Source of the DNA: Chlorobiota bacterium | GTDB taxonomy: Bacteria > Bacteroidota > Ignavibacteria > OLB7 | DNA length: 64,000 bases | Direction of reading: 5' to 3' | Assembly (NCBI GenBank): GCA_021296135.1 | Contig: JAGWAZ010000003.1 | Coordinates: forward strand, 2,596 to 66,595 | Part shown: positions 20,482 through 29,717 of the stretch, piece by piece | Position numbering within the stretch: the first letter of the stretch is position 1 | Layout of the letters: every line of letters begins with the position of its first letter | The notes under the pieces: generated by a model | Seen by the model: only the letters and a program-made list of their open reading frames with translations | Told to the model about the DNA's origin: nothing | Database searches by the model: none | Made by a program: the position numbers and the translations under genes

Positions 20482-21287
20482 GTATAACGATAGGCCTATC
20501 CCGAGGAAGTGGAACGCCCAAATACAAAAACTATTGGGACTGGATCAGGAGATACGAACCTGAAGCGATGATAATCGATCTCTTTGTTCTCCCAGATCTG
20601 GAAGAAACGTTGCCAGACCTCGATGCAGTTATCCTGACCGGAGGAGGCGACATTCATCCCGATTATTATGGAAGACCAGAAGCACTCAAGGTAAGTGATG
20701 GCATCGTTCTTGAGCGTGATGAGATAGAGTTCCGTGTTGTCGACTATGCCTTCGATAAGAAACTTCCGGTTCTTGGTGTTTGTCGTGGAATACAGGTCAT
20801 TAACGTCCACCTTGGCGGTCCGCTTGTTCCTCATATTCCAGATAATTCGGAATATGCCTTATACCATCAAAGGCTTGAAACTGGAGATAACGATCATGAA
20901 ATTTCTGTAGAACCAGGATCGCTTCTGTTTCGTGCCTCAGGAGAACTTGAGGGAAGGGTTAACTCTGCCCATCACCAAGGAGTGAACCGACTTGCCCCAG
21001 GACTGACAGCAACAGCAACAGCTCCTGACGGACTTATCGAAGCAATTGAGTGGCAGGAACCGGAGCAACGCTCGTTTCTTCTTGCAGTACAATGGCATCC
21101 CGAACGGATGGATCAGGAGAATCCGTTTGCTGGAAAGCTGTTGGAACAGTTTCTTGTAGAAGCCCACAGCTCAAAGATCCTTAGAGGGGCGTCACTTCCT
21201 GAACCAAAGCCAGAACCGGGGGAGATAGATATCCGTTCGGAAGATAAGGAGGGTGAAGGAGATTCGCCTCTACCAATTATTCAGTAG
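20478..21287 (+). CDS. Class I glutamine amidotransferase-like protein, peptidase C26 (gamma-glutamyl hydrolase / PuuD-like)
   Basis: GVCRGIQ nucleophile motif and SAHHQG His motif. Start overlaps the lpxK stop. Confidence 0.65.
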   Translation: MSITIGLSRGSGTPKYKNYWDWIRRYEPEAMIIDLFVLPDLEETLPDLDAVILTGGGDIHPDYYGRPEALKVSDGIVLERDEIEFRVVDYAFDKKLPVLGVCRGIQVINVHLGGPLVPHIPDNSEYALYHQRLETGDNDHEISVEPGSLLFRASGELEGRVNSAHHQGVNRLAPGLTATATAPDGLIEAIEWQEPEQRSFLLAVQWHPERMDQENPFAGKLLEQFLVEAHSSKILRGASLPEPKPEPGEIDIRSEDKEGEGDSPLPIIQ

Positions 21288-21415
21288 TTAAAGGGTTTGA
21301 TGGTTTAGTAGCTGAGTGGTTCAATAGTTGAAGGTGCTGGTTTGGATATCTCATCAACGTAGTAACTTGCTGCCAAACCGATCAACAACCAAACTATTCA
21401 ACTATCTCAACGACG

Positions 21416-22051
21416 TTATCCAAAAAATCTGTTTTGTTCCTTCCGAATCTCCTTTAACAGATACTTCAGGTGAGGATTTGTTGGCTCTTCAGCCATTGGG
21501 ACGTAGTGATCGATAGTTTCCTTCACATACTTGTAGGGATCTCGCTTCAAGTTGAATTGAATGCACCGCAAGTTGTCAAGGCGATCGGCTAACTTCACGA
21601 TGCGACAATCCTCCGAACTGTTCTGCAGCCGTTCGATATATTCCTGATCGATTTTCTCGCGGAGTGGACCATCCTTGATACCGATTTCTTTTGTCAGCGT
21701 CTCGACAATATCACCAACATAGTCTCCAAAGTTAAAGGCAAGGACTTTAGGAGTGAGAATATCAGAGTCTTCCAGAACGTCATGGAGAAGAGCTGCACAG
21801 ATAAGATCGCTATCGGTGATGCCAAGTTCGCCCAGCAAAATTTTTGCGACACGCGATGGGTGCCAGAAGTAAGGAGTACCATCGTTTCTTTGCTGAAACT
21901 GGTGTACGTTTTGAGCCATCTCCCATGCAGAGTTGATCCTGTTCAACTCAACAGAACCAATGACATCCATTAACTTTTCGGTTAACTCGCTCTTGGTAAG
22001 AAAACTTTGATTGTACTTTGGAGATCGATCTAACATAATCTCATGATTCAA
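21416..22051 (-). CDS. Small alarmone hydrolase: single HD-domain (p)ppGpp pyrophosphohydrolase, RelA/SpoT (Mesh1-like) family
   Basis: GTPYFWHPSRVAKIL...AALLHDVLEDS matches the SpoT hydrolase HD signature. No synthetase, TGS or ACT domains. Confidence 0.7.
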   Translation of the reverse strand: MNHEIMLDRSPKYNQSFLTKSELTEKLMDVIGSVELNRINSAWEMAQNVHQFQQRNDGTPYFWHPSRVAKILLGELGITDSDLICAALLHDVLEDSDILTPKVLAFNFGDYVGDIVETLTKEIGIKDGPLREKIDQEYIERLQNSSEDCRIVKLADRLDNLRCIQFNLKRDPYKYVKETIDHYVPMAEEPTNPHLKYLLKEIRKEQNRFFG

Positions 22052-23744
22052 TCAATTCACGAGCAGCCAACATGCTCGATTCGGTTACATCTTCACCACT
22101 CACAAGCTTTGCTACTTCTCGGGTATGTTCCTCCGGCTCAAGCTTCCTAACCTGAGTCACAGTCCGTCCTTTGATCAGTAGTTTTTCAACTACATAATGA
22201 TTTCTGCTCATGGCTGCGATCTGCGGTAAATGCGTAATCGCTATAATTTGATGATAGTCAGCCAAATTCCTCATTGCAGTCCCTACCTTCGTAGCGATCC
22301 GACCGGAGATACCAGTATCTATTTCATCAAAAACAAGAAGAGGAAGGCGGTCATTCTTTGCAAGAATCGTTTTCAAGGCAAGCATTACACGACTGATTTC
22401 TCCACCTGAGGCTGTCCGAGCAAGAGGTTTGGGATCTTCACCCAGATTTGTTGAGATAAAGAACTCCACAATGTCAATTCCATGCCGGGTTGCCGCATAC
22501 CAGTGATCGCCGGAGCAGACGGCAGTGTCGGAACCGGAAGAAACCTCGTTATGATCAATCTGAACGGAGAATTTTCCATGTTCAATACCAAGTTCTCGCA
22601 GTGTCTCTACCACGGCGGCCTCAATTTTCCTGGCAATCTCAGAGCGCTTCTGTGAGAGACGGAGGCTCAGTTTACCAACAGATTCCTGCAAATCACGAAG
22701 TTCCCTTCGTTTCTCCTCGATGGTAGAATCGTAGTTCTTTGCGAGAGCAATCTCTGTTGTGATCGTCTCACGATATTCAAGTACTGCTTGAAGTGTCCCA
22801 CCAAATTTTTTGCGAAGACCATTCAAGACATAAAGTCTCTCACGTATCTCTTCAAGTTCTTCGGGGGCAAATTCAACGTTAACCGAGTAGCGTTGGAGTG
22901 ACTTAGCAATTTCTTCAATCACAACAATCGCAGAGAGACATTCGTCCAGTCGTTCGCTAAAGTCAGAATCAATTTCAGTGAGCTGATCCAGCATGGATTG
23001 AGCACGAAGAAGTTTATCTCTGACAGAATCGCTCTCTTCGTAGAGGAGGGAGTGCAGGCCAGTTACAAGCTCATAGAGTTGTTCACTGTTCTCCCTGATC
23101 TTCAGTTCCCTGAGTAAGTCCTCATCTTCATCAGGTTTTGGATCGACCCCATGAATCTCCTGAAGCTGGAACTCATAAAATTCCAGCTTTTGGCGTAATC
23201 CTGCCTCTCGCTTCAAAAGAGACTTGATTTCACCGGCAATGGAGAGTATGTTTTCATATCCTGAGCGATAATCGTTCACCATTTCCTGAAGGCCACCAGC
23301 ATTGTCGAGCAGATGGATGTGAGTCTCGCTACGGAGTAACGTTTGATGATCATGCTGACCATGCAAATCAATCAATCTGTCACCGATCTCTTTCAGCAAA
23401 GATACCTGAGTTGGTGAATCGTTAAGAAAAGCACGAGATCCACTTTTGGGGGAGACTTCTCGCCGTATAATCAGTTCATCACCATCCTCATAGCCATGTT
23501 TTTTCAACAGGGTATGAACGTGGTCGTTGGAACTGATAGAGAAAAAACCCTCAACCACTGATCGCCGTGATCCCTTCCGAACATCTTCACTGGAAGCACG
23601 CTCACCAAGAAGAAGACCGAGCGCATCAATGAGAATTGATTTCCCGGTCCCTGTCTCACCGGTAATAACGTTCAGACCACTTGAGAATTCAATGGTCAAC
23701 TCATCAATAATTGCATAGTCCCGGATATAAAGAGTCTTCAGCAT
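22041..23744 (-). CDS. recN: DNA repair protein RecN
   Basis: N-terminal Walker A GETGTGKS, long coiled-coil, C-terminal signature/Walker B. 567 aa. Confidence 0.85.
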   Translation of the reverse strand: MLKTLYIRDYAIIDELTIEFSSGLNVITGETGTGKSILIDALGLLLGERASSEDVRKGSRRSVVEGFFSISSNDHVHTLLKKHGYEDGDELIIRREVSPKSGSRAFLNDSPTQVSLLKEIGDRLIDLHGQHDHQTLLRSETHIHLLDNAGGLQEMVNDYRSGYENILSIAGEIKSLLKREAGLRQKLEFYEFQLQEIHGVDPKPDEDEDLLRELKIRENSEQLYELVTGLHSLLYEESDSVRDKLLRAQSMLDQLTEIDSDFSERLDECLSAIVVIEEIAKSLQRYSVNVEFAPEELEEIRERLYVLNGLRKKFGGTLQAVLEYRETITTEIALAKNYDSTIEEKRRELRDLQESVGKLSLRLSQKRSEIARKIEAAVVETLRELGIEHGKFSVQIDHNEVSSGSDTAVCSGDHWYAATRHGIDIVEFFISTNLGEDPKPLARTASGGEISRVMLALKTILAKNDRLPLLVFDEIDTGISGRIATKVGTAMRNLADYHQIIAITHLPQIAAMSRNHYVVEKLLIKGRTVTQVRKLEPEEHTREVAKLVSGEDVTESSMLAARELIES

Positions 23745-23771
23745 GAAGAAGGCAGTTAAGCAGCAAGCAGG

Positions 23772-25484
23772 CTATGAGCTTTTACGTGTTTCCCTGAACT
23801 GTCTGTTTTTATACTCAACGAACAATCCCTTCACTTTGTTCCGTTGATATTTTCCTGTCGATGTAACTGGAACCTCATCTCCAAAAAGAACAACCTTAGG
23901 CTGCTTGGAGAAGGGGAGATGTTCTGCACAAAAGGCGAGGACTTCCTCTTCAGTTAATGATTCATCCGCTTTTCGTACATAGGCTCCAACTTCTTCACCA
24001 TACCAGGAATTTTCAAACGCAACTGCTATGCCAACATCAATCTTTTTGTTACTGTTCAGTACTTCATCAATTTCAAGAGGGGAGAGGTTAACCCCGCCCC
24101 GGATAATTAGTTCTTTCAGCCGACCGGTAATAAAGAAGTAATCATTGCCATCGTCATCTTTTAGATAAAACCCTTCATCACCACTTCTGAACCAACCATA
24201 AGCGAAGGCTTTCTCGTTTGCCTCGTTGTTGTTGGAGTATCCGGACATAACATTATGTCCCCGAACGACAATCTCGCCCCTTTGGCCTGGTTCAAGTTGG
24301 TTAGCATTCTCATCATGGATTGCCATCTCATTCTGCGGTATTGGGAGGCCGATGCTTGGGAAACCATGCTCGGTCAACCATGCTCGGCGGACTTCCTGTG
24401 TTAAACTGACCGGAAGAAAGCAACTGTAGCATGTCGTCTCCGAGAGACCATATCCGTGAATGATCGGCACGCCGTATCGATCTTCAAACCGGTCAGCAAG
24501 CTCACAGGTCAATGGTCCGGCTCCGCAGATAACATGTCTGAACTGCGAAAGATCCAGCCCCGATACATCAATCTTAGCACTACAGAGGTAAGCAAGAAGC
24601 GTCGGGACTACCGAAACAACAGCCACACCCTCCTCAGCAATGCGTTGGAAGAAAGAACCGGACTGGAATTTTCTGTTTAACACGACGCTTCCACCAGCAT
24701 ACATTGGGGTTACGAGCGTAACGACTGTACCGTTTACGTGATGGATCGGGAGCACACACATCATGCGAGTTGTTTCGGTAATGCAGTGCCATTCCGATAT
24801 ACCGATAGCATCTGCAAGCAGATTGCCATGAGTGAGTAAAACTCCTTTCGGAGGACCGGTAGTGCCACTTGTGTAGACGATGAGACATTCCTGATCGAGA
24901 AGATAACGGCGGGGAAGAAGGAGGGGAGCTGAGACACCTTCACGCAAAACTCTGTTGTAATCTTCAAACCAGACTGTCTCGTCATGGCGATCGGTCAGGT
25001 CACCACAGGCTACAATGGTTTGAAGAGAGGGGAGTTTTTCCTTCAGACTTGCTACTCTGTCCAAATACTCGCTGCGAACAAAAGCAAGGGATGCTTCGGA
25101 GTTTATAAGGGTGTAGGATACACGCTCATCATCTTCCCCCACATTAATTGGAACAACCGTTCCACCCAAAAACCAGACGGCAAAGTACTGCACAACTGTT
25201 TCCGAGTTGTTATGGGTTACCGTTGCAACGCGCGAGCCGCGGGTAATTCCTTTGTTCAAGAGAAATCGTGCTGTGGAATTGACTTGAGCAAGAAAGTCCG
25301 CATAGGTAAGCGCCGTTCGGTTTCCATGATCGTCATACCAGATCAGCCATTCTTTTTCGGATAGTTTCCGAGCTTGATAGGCGAGTAGATCACCTATTGA
25401 TGTAAAGGGGACATCAAGTTCTGAAAAGGGAATTCCTCGAACAGATCGTGCCTGTCCGATCAATTCAGTCAGTTCCAGCATCAA
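23772..25484 (-). CDS. AMP-dependent synthetase/ligase (acyl-CoA synthetase family)
   Basis: YTSGTTGPPKGV AMP-binding motif. 570 aa. Confidence 0.8.
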   Translation of the reverse strand: MMLELTELIGQARSVRGIPFSELDVPFTSIGDLLAYQARKLSEKEWLIWYDDHGNRTALTYADFLAQVNSTARFLLNKGITRGSRVATVTHNNSETVVQYFAVWFLGGTVVPINVGEDDERVSYTLINSEASLAFVRSEYLDRVASLKEKLPSLQTIVACGDLTDRHDETVWFEDYNRVLREGVSAPLLLPRRYLLDQECLIVYTSGTTGPPKGVLLTHGNLLADAIGISEWHCITETTRMMCVLPIHHVNGTVVTLVTPMYAGGSVVLNRKFQSGSFFQRIAEEGVAVVSVVPTLLAYLCSAKIDVSGLDLSQFRHVICGAGPLTCELADRFEDRYGVPIIHGYGLSETTCYSCFLPVSLTQEVRRAWLTEHGFPSIGLPIPQNEMAIHDENANQLEPGQRGEIVVRGHNVMSGYSNNNEANEKAFAYGWFRSGDEGFYLKDDDGNDYFFITGRLKELIIRGGVNLSPLEIDEVLNSNKKIDVGIAVAFENSWYGEEVGAYVRKADESLTEEEVLAFCAEHLPFSKQPKVVLFGDEVPVTSTGKYQRNKVKGLFVEYKNRQFRETRKSS

Positions 25485-25757
25485 AAAATCCTGCGTAACG
25501 TCAACTATTGGTAGAACATTGAAATCAGCCGTTCAAGATACGAACTATGGAGAATCGATAGCGAAGAAGAGAACTAGTCGCTTGACTGTACATTCTCTTT
25601 TACGAATGCTCGTGTGAAAAATTATGGCCGACGACTATCGATGGAGATAGCAAATCTCTTCGTCCGGTTTTCGAGACTACTTCCCATTTCCTTAGCTTTA
25701 TTCTCTGTATGGGGAAGAGATAATGCACAAGGCACGAGATAGCAATTTTCTGATAGT

Positions 25758-26723
25758 ATGAGCGAAGAAATAGAACGACAGACAAGGGCAATTCTTAGAG
25801 GAGATCGCCTGGCAATAACGCGCGGAATTACAAAAGTTGAGAACGAAAAGGAGGGATGGGACGAGCTTCTCTCGCGGCTTTACAGGCATAGTGGCGAGGC
25901 ATACCGTATCGGGGTGACCGGGCCGCCCGGAGCAGGAAAATCAACGATCACACAGAAGTTGATTGCATACTATCGAGAGCATAACAAGAACGTAGGGGTG
26001 ATTGCTGTCGATCCGACCTCTCCTTTTACTGGCGGTGCAATTCTCGGAGATCGTGTCAGAATGCAGTCAGAGTCGATGAACGAAGGGGTCTTCATCCGTT
26101 CAATGGCCACTCGGGGGAACCTTGGTGGACTGAACACAAAGGCTCAGGATGTAGCCGACCTGCTGGATGCTGCTGGTTTTGGAATTATCATCATGGAGAC
26201 TGTCGGTGTTGGCCAATCAGAGTTGGACGTGGCTGATGCAGCAGATACTACAGTTGTTGTGCTCGTCCCTGAATCCGGAGATTCAATCCAGGCCATGAAA
26301 TCGGGATTGATGGAGATAGCAGATCTCTTCGTAATGAACAAGTCCGATCGAGACGGCGCAGACCAAGCGGTCTCAGCCCTTAAGACAATCCTGACTATGC
26401 GGATTACCCATGCCAACGATCAGTGGCATCCCGATGTTATCCGAACTGTTGGGACAACCGGAAAGGGGATCGACATCCTTGCCCAACGAATCGATCATCA
26501 TCATCATTTTATGACCGAACACGGCTTGTTTCAGAAGAGACAAACGCATCGTGAAGAGCAGCGTGTACGAGAGTTGGCCGAGGAACTGCTAAGCAAATCG
26601 TTCTGGACGGAAGAACGGAGTACATTGCTCAAGGAATTGGCGCCTAAGATCTCGGCAAGAGACATTTCACCTCAAGAAGCTGCGCTTCATCTCACTACGC
26701 ACGAAGTTGGAGCAATAGAGTGA
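25758..26723 (+). CDS. meaB: MeaB/ArgK-type G3E GTPase (methylmalonyl-CoA mutase-associated chaperone family)
   Basis: GVTGPPGAGKST P-loop, VGVGQSE and NKSD motifs. Confidence 0.8.
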   Translation: MSEEIERQTRAILRGDRLAITRGITKVENEKEGWDELLSRLYRHSGEAYRIGVTGPPGAGKSTITQKLIAYYREHNKNVGVIAVDPTSPFTGGAILGDRVRMQSESMNEGVFIRSMATRGNLGGLNTKAQDVADLLDAAGFGIIIMETVGVGQSELDVADAADTTVVVLVPESGDSIQAMKSGLMEIADLFVMNKSDRDGADQAVSALKTILTMRITHANDQWHPDVIRTVGTTGKGIDILAQRIDHHHHFMTEHGLFQKRQTHREEQRVRELAEELLSKSFWTEERSTLLKELAPKISARDISPQEAALHLTTHEVGAIE

Positions 26724-28192
26724 TCCAAACTCTCGATACCGATTTCGAGGGGTATTTGACCGACACGTCAAACCTTGATGGAGGATACGCCGACCGCGTC
26801 TACTTACCTGAAACTGAAGAGGAGGTAGGGGAGATACTCAGGAAATGTTCACAAGAGAAGACCGCTGTGACAATCGCGGGGGCGGGAACAGGTCTGGCCG
26901 GGGGGAGCATCCCTTTCGGTGGAGTTGTTTTGTCGCTTGCCAAGTTGAACAGGATTATTGAGATCAATAAAGAGAAAGGGCTTGCCATAGTAGAAGCAGG
27001 TGTTGTTCTTTATAACCTTCACAGAGAAGTAGAGTCTCAGGGACTTCTCTATCCACCCGATCCGACTGAGCAAGGAGGTCAACTTGGAGGCAACTTTGCA
27101 ACCAACGCCTCTGGCGCACGAACGTTCAAGTACGGCCCTACCCGCGACTGGATTACCGGAGCACATGTATTCCTGTCATCAGGTGAGATGCTTGCATTAT
27201 CCCGCAACGGCAATCGAGCCAACCGATATTCTATGAGCGTGGAATCGGTAAACCGAACCATATATGACATTGAGATCCCTCGCTATCAAATGCCCCCAAC
27301 CAGCAAACATTCCGCTGGCTACTATGCAAAGCCCAATATGGATCTGCTCGATCTCTTCATCGGAAGTGAGGGAACACTCGGAGTTGTTACCCGTCTTGCC
27401 TTAAAGCTAATCCGGAAACCGGAACGGCTCTTCAGTGGTATTGTCTTCTTTGAGAGCAACGAGAGAATCTTCGGCTTCGTTGATGAAATACGTGAGAGAA
27501 GCAAAAAAAATCGTATTTCCGATACTCCGGATTTGAACGCACGTGCTCTTGAATTCGTTGATGCCCATGCCTTGGAGTTCATCAAAGAAAGCTATCCTTC
27601 GATCCCCGAGAATGCCAACGGAGGAGCAATCTGGTTTGAACAGGAGAGAGAGGAGGCTTCCGAGGAGTTATTAATCTCGCACTGGGCAGAGGTAATTGAG
27701 CGCTATACGGATTTATCGGATGATTCCTGGTTTGGCCTTTCTGAGAAAGATCAGCAGAGAATGCGAACGTTCAGACATGCAATTCCCTCGTCCGCGTATG
27801 AGTTTATCAAAGCACATCAGGTCCAAAAGTTCGGAACAGATATGGCTGTCCCTGATAATTGCTTTCATGATATGTACCGGTTCTATCGGGATGAACTTGA
27901 CAGATCAGGATTGCGAAATTTGACGTGGGGTCATATCGGGAACAGCCACCTACACGTGAATATGCTTCCGGAAAATCAGACGCAGATAGCACAAGCGCAA
28001 CGGATATCCGATCGTTTCGTAACAAAAGCACTCCAACTCGGTGGCACGGTGTCGGCTGAGCACGGTGTTGGAAAGATCAAGACAAAGTATCTGAAACAGA
28101 TGTACGGGGAAGAGGGGATTGAGCAGATGAGGAAGGTCAAAAGAGCCCTCGATCCAACCGCAATACTTGGAAGGGGAACCATGTTTAGATGA
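26720..28192 (+). CDS. FAD-linked oxidase (FAD_binding_4 + FAD-oxidase C-terminal; GlcD / D-lactate dehydrogenase-like), GTG start overlapping the meaB stop
   Basis: VTIAGAGTGLAGG FAD-binding region and a C-terminal HGVGKIK...LDP motif. Confidence 0.7.
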   Translation: MIQTLDTDFEGYLTDTSNLDGGYADRVYLPETEEEVGEILRKCSQEKTAVTIAGAGTGLAGGSIPFGGVVLSLAKLNRIIEINKEKGLAIVEAGVVLYNLHREVESQGLLYPPDPTEQGGQLGGNFATNASGARTFKYGPTRDWITGAHVFLSSGEMLALSRNGNRANRYSMSVESVNRTIYDIEIPRYQMPPTSKHSAGYYAKPNMDLLDLFIGSEGTLGVVTRLALKLIRKPERLFSGIVFFESNERIFGFVDEIRERSKKNRISDTPDLNARALEFVDAHALEFIKESYPSIPENANGGAIWFEQEREEASEELLISHWAEVIERYTDLSDDSWFGLSEKDQQRMRTFRHAIPSSAYEFIKAHQVQKFGTDMAVPDNCFHDMYRFYRDELDRSGLRNLTWGHIGNSHLHVNMLPENQTQIAQAQRISDRFVTKALQLGGTVSAEHGVGKIKTKYLKQMYGEEGIEQMRKVKRALDPTAILGRGTMFR

Positions 28193-28294
28193 GTCGATTC
28201 ATCGATAACAAGGCAAAATTGTAATATAAAAAGGTAGTCTGCCGGAAATGATGTTTTTTTCCTGTGAACAGACTTTGATTTTTTTACTCGGTTT

Positions 28295-28774
28295 ATGGCT
28301 TATATTTTCCAGATAAACGCTTCAAAAGGTGGTGTTCCCAAAACAGGACTGCACAAAGCAGAGGTTGACTTGAACGGTATTATCGTCGACGATCAAGCCG
28401 ACAAGAAACATCATGGTGGACCTCTTCAAGGCCTCTGCCTTTTCAGACTTGAATCGATACTCGAACTCCAGAAGGAAGGGCACCCGATCTTTCCAGGCTC
28501 TACTGGTGAAAACATAACAACAGTTGGCCTCGAACCAGATCAGCTATTGCCAGGTGTGAGATTGCGGCTTGGCAGCGATATACGAATAGAGCTGACAGAC
28601 TTCGCAACGCCTTGCAACACCATTGCGGCGTCGTTTTCGGATGGCAACTCGAATCGGATTAACAACAAAAAGCATCCCGGCTGGAGCCGGGTCTACGCAA
28701 AAGTGCTTACGGAAGGAAAGATCACAATCGGCGACCCGATTGTTCTAGAGGTAGTACAGAAGATGGATAGATAG
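28295..28774 (+). CDS. MOSC domain-containing protein
   Basis: 159-aa beta-barrel MOSC pattern (GENITTVGL, conserved Cys near the C-terminus). Confidence 0.6.
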   Translation: MAYIFQINASKGGVPKTGLHKAEVDLNGIIVDDQADKKHHGGPLQGLCLFRLESILELQKEGHPIFPGSTGENITTVGLEPDQLLPGVRLRLGSDIRIELTDFATPCNTIAASFSDGNSNRINNKKHPGWSRVYAKVLTEGKITIGDPIVLEVVQKMDR

Positions 28775-29010
28775 TCGCCCCTTAAAAAAGGAACAAGTTG
28801 TTAATAATCGCCTAAAGCGGAAAGGACTGAAATCTTCCCCTATTTCTATGGAGTTCGTGGAAAAGTCCTGTAAAAACCGCCAAAAGTCCTGTTATTCCTT
28901 TGTAGCTTCTTGCCAAATTCAATATCGATTCACCGACGATCAGGGCAAAACTAGCCCAGCCGTTTACCGCTGGGGCCTTGATTAACGATAGAACCTCGAT
29001 TAACGATCGT

Positions 29011-29090
29011 ATGATGTCAGAATGTCGGTATATGATGTCAGAATGTCAGTGTTCGATGTCAGAATGTCGATTAACGATGTTCGATTTCAG
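29011..29090. repeat. Three iteron-like 21-bp direct tandem units with the core GATGTCAGAATGTC, ending in a CGATTAACGATGTTCGAT element
   Basis: GATGTCAGAATGTC occurs at 29013, 29034 and 29055 with 21-bp spacing. CGATTAACGAT occurs three times between 28981 and 29080. Confidence 0.7.
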
Positions 29091-29186
29091 ATTTACGATG
29101 TATCATAGCCCAGCCGTTTACGGCTTCAACCCCGACGTAAAGGGACAATCAGAAGGGAGACAGGGAGAGTGGGGGCCAGAGCGTAG

Positions 29187-29206
29187 GGTCGCATGGCCAT
29201 GCGACC
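29187..29206. repeat. 20-bp perfect palindrome GGTCGCATGGCCATGCGACC
   Basis: Exact inverted symmetry read from the sequence. Confidence 0.8.
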
Positions 29207-29717
29207 TCGCTGTTAGAAGTGCGAAATAAACTCCACAACGTGAAGGTCATAGTGTTTTAGCACCGTGCTTTAGCGCGGTGATAGGAGTGATCCTCTACGC
29301 AACCGGGGTTGTGAGCCTTAGGAGGGGAATGAAGTATTAAAGGTTCATTGGGCAAAAGCCGGAACGGCTCTCTCTTATCCATCGCATTGGAATGGTTCGA
29401 GAAGGCTAAGTTCTTATAAAGATATGAAATAGATGTGTATCTTTAGCGTTATGAACTCTTAGTAACAACCAAATCTCCGTAAAACCAACACGAAGGATAC
29501 GAAACAAACAACAGAAATAACGAATCGACTCAGCCTGTCACCCTTCAACAGGCTCAGGGTGACACTCGAAGCTCAGGATGACACATTGCTGCGCAAGGAG
29601 CTTTGCCCAAATAGAACCAGATATAGCTTTAATGTTGACTTTTAAGGGACGACTAGATAACAACAGACATATCACATCATTGTATTTCTCATTTAACTTT
29701 TCATTTTGAATTTTGCT

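Noticed and set aside
28951-29130. Possible CRISPR array
   Set aside because: There are only three short 21-bp units with 7-bp non-unique spacers, no 28-37 bp repeat with 30-40 bp variable spacers, and no cas genes in the window.
28978-29229. 83-aa plus-strand ORF with repetitive MSEC... peptide
   Set aside because: It is the translation of the 21-bp tandem DNA repeats. There is no RBS, and the repetitive peptide is a by-product of the DNA periodicity.
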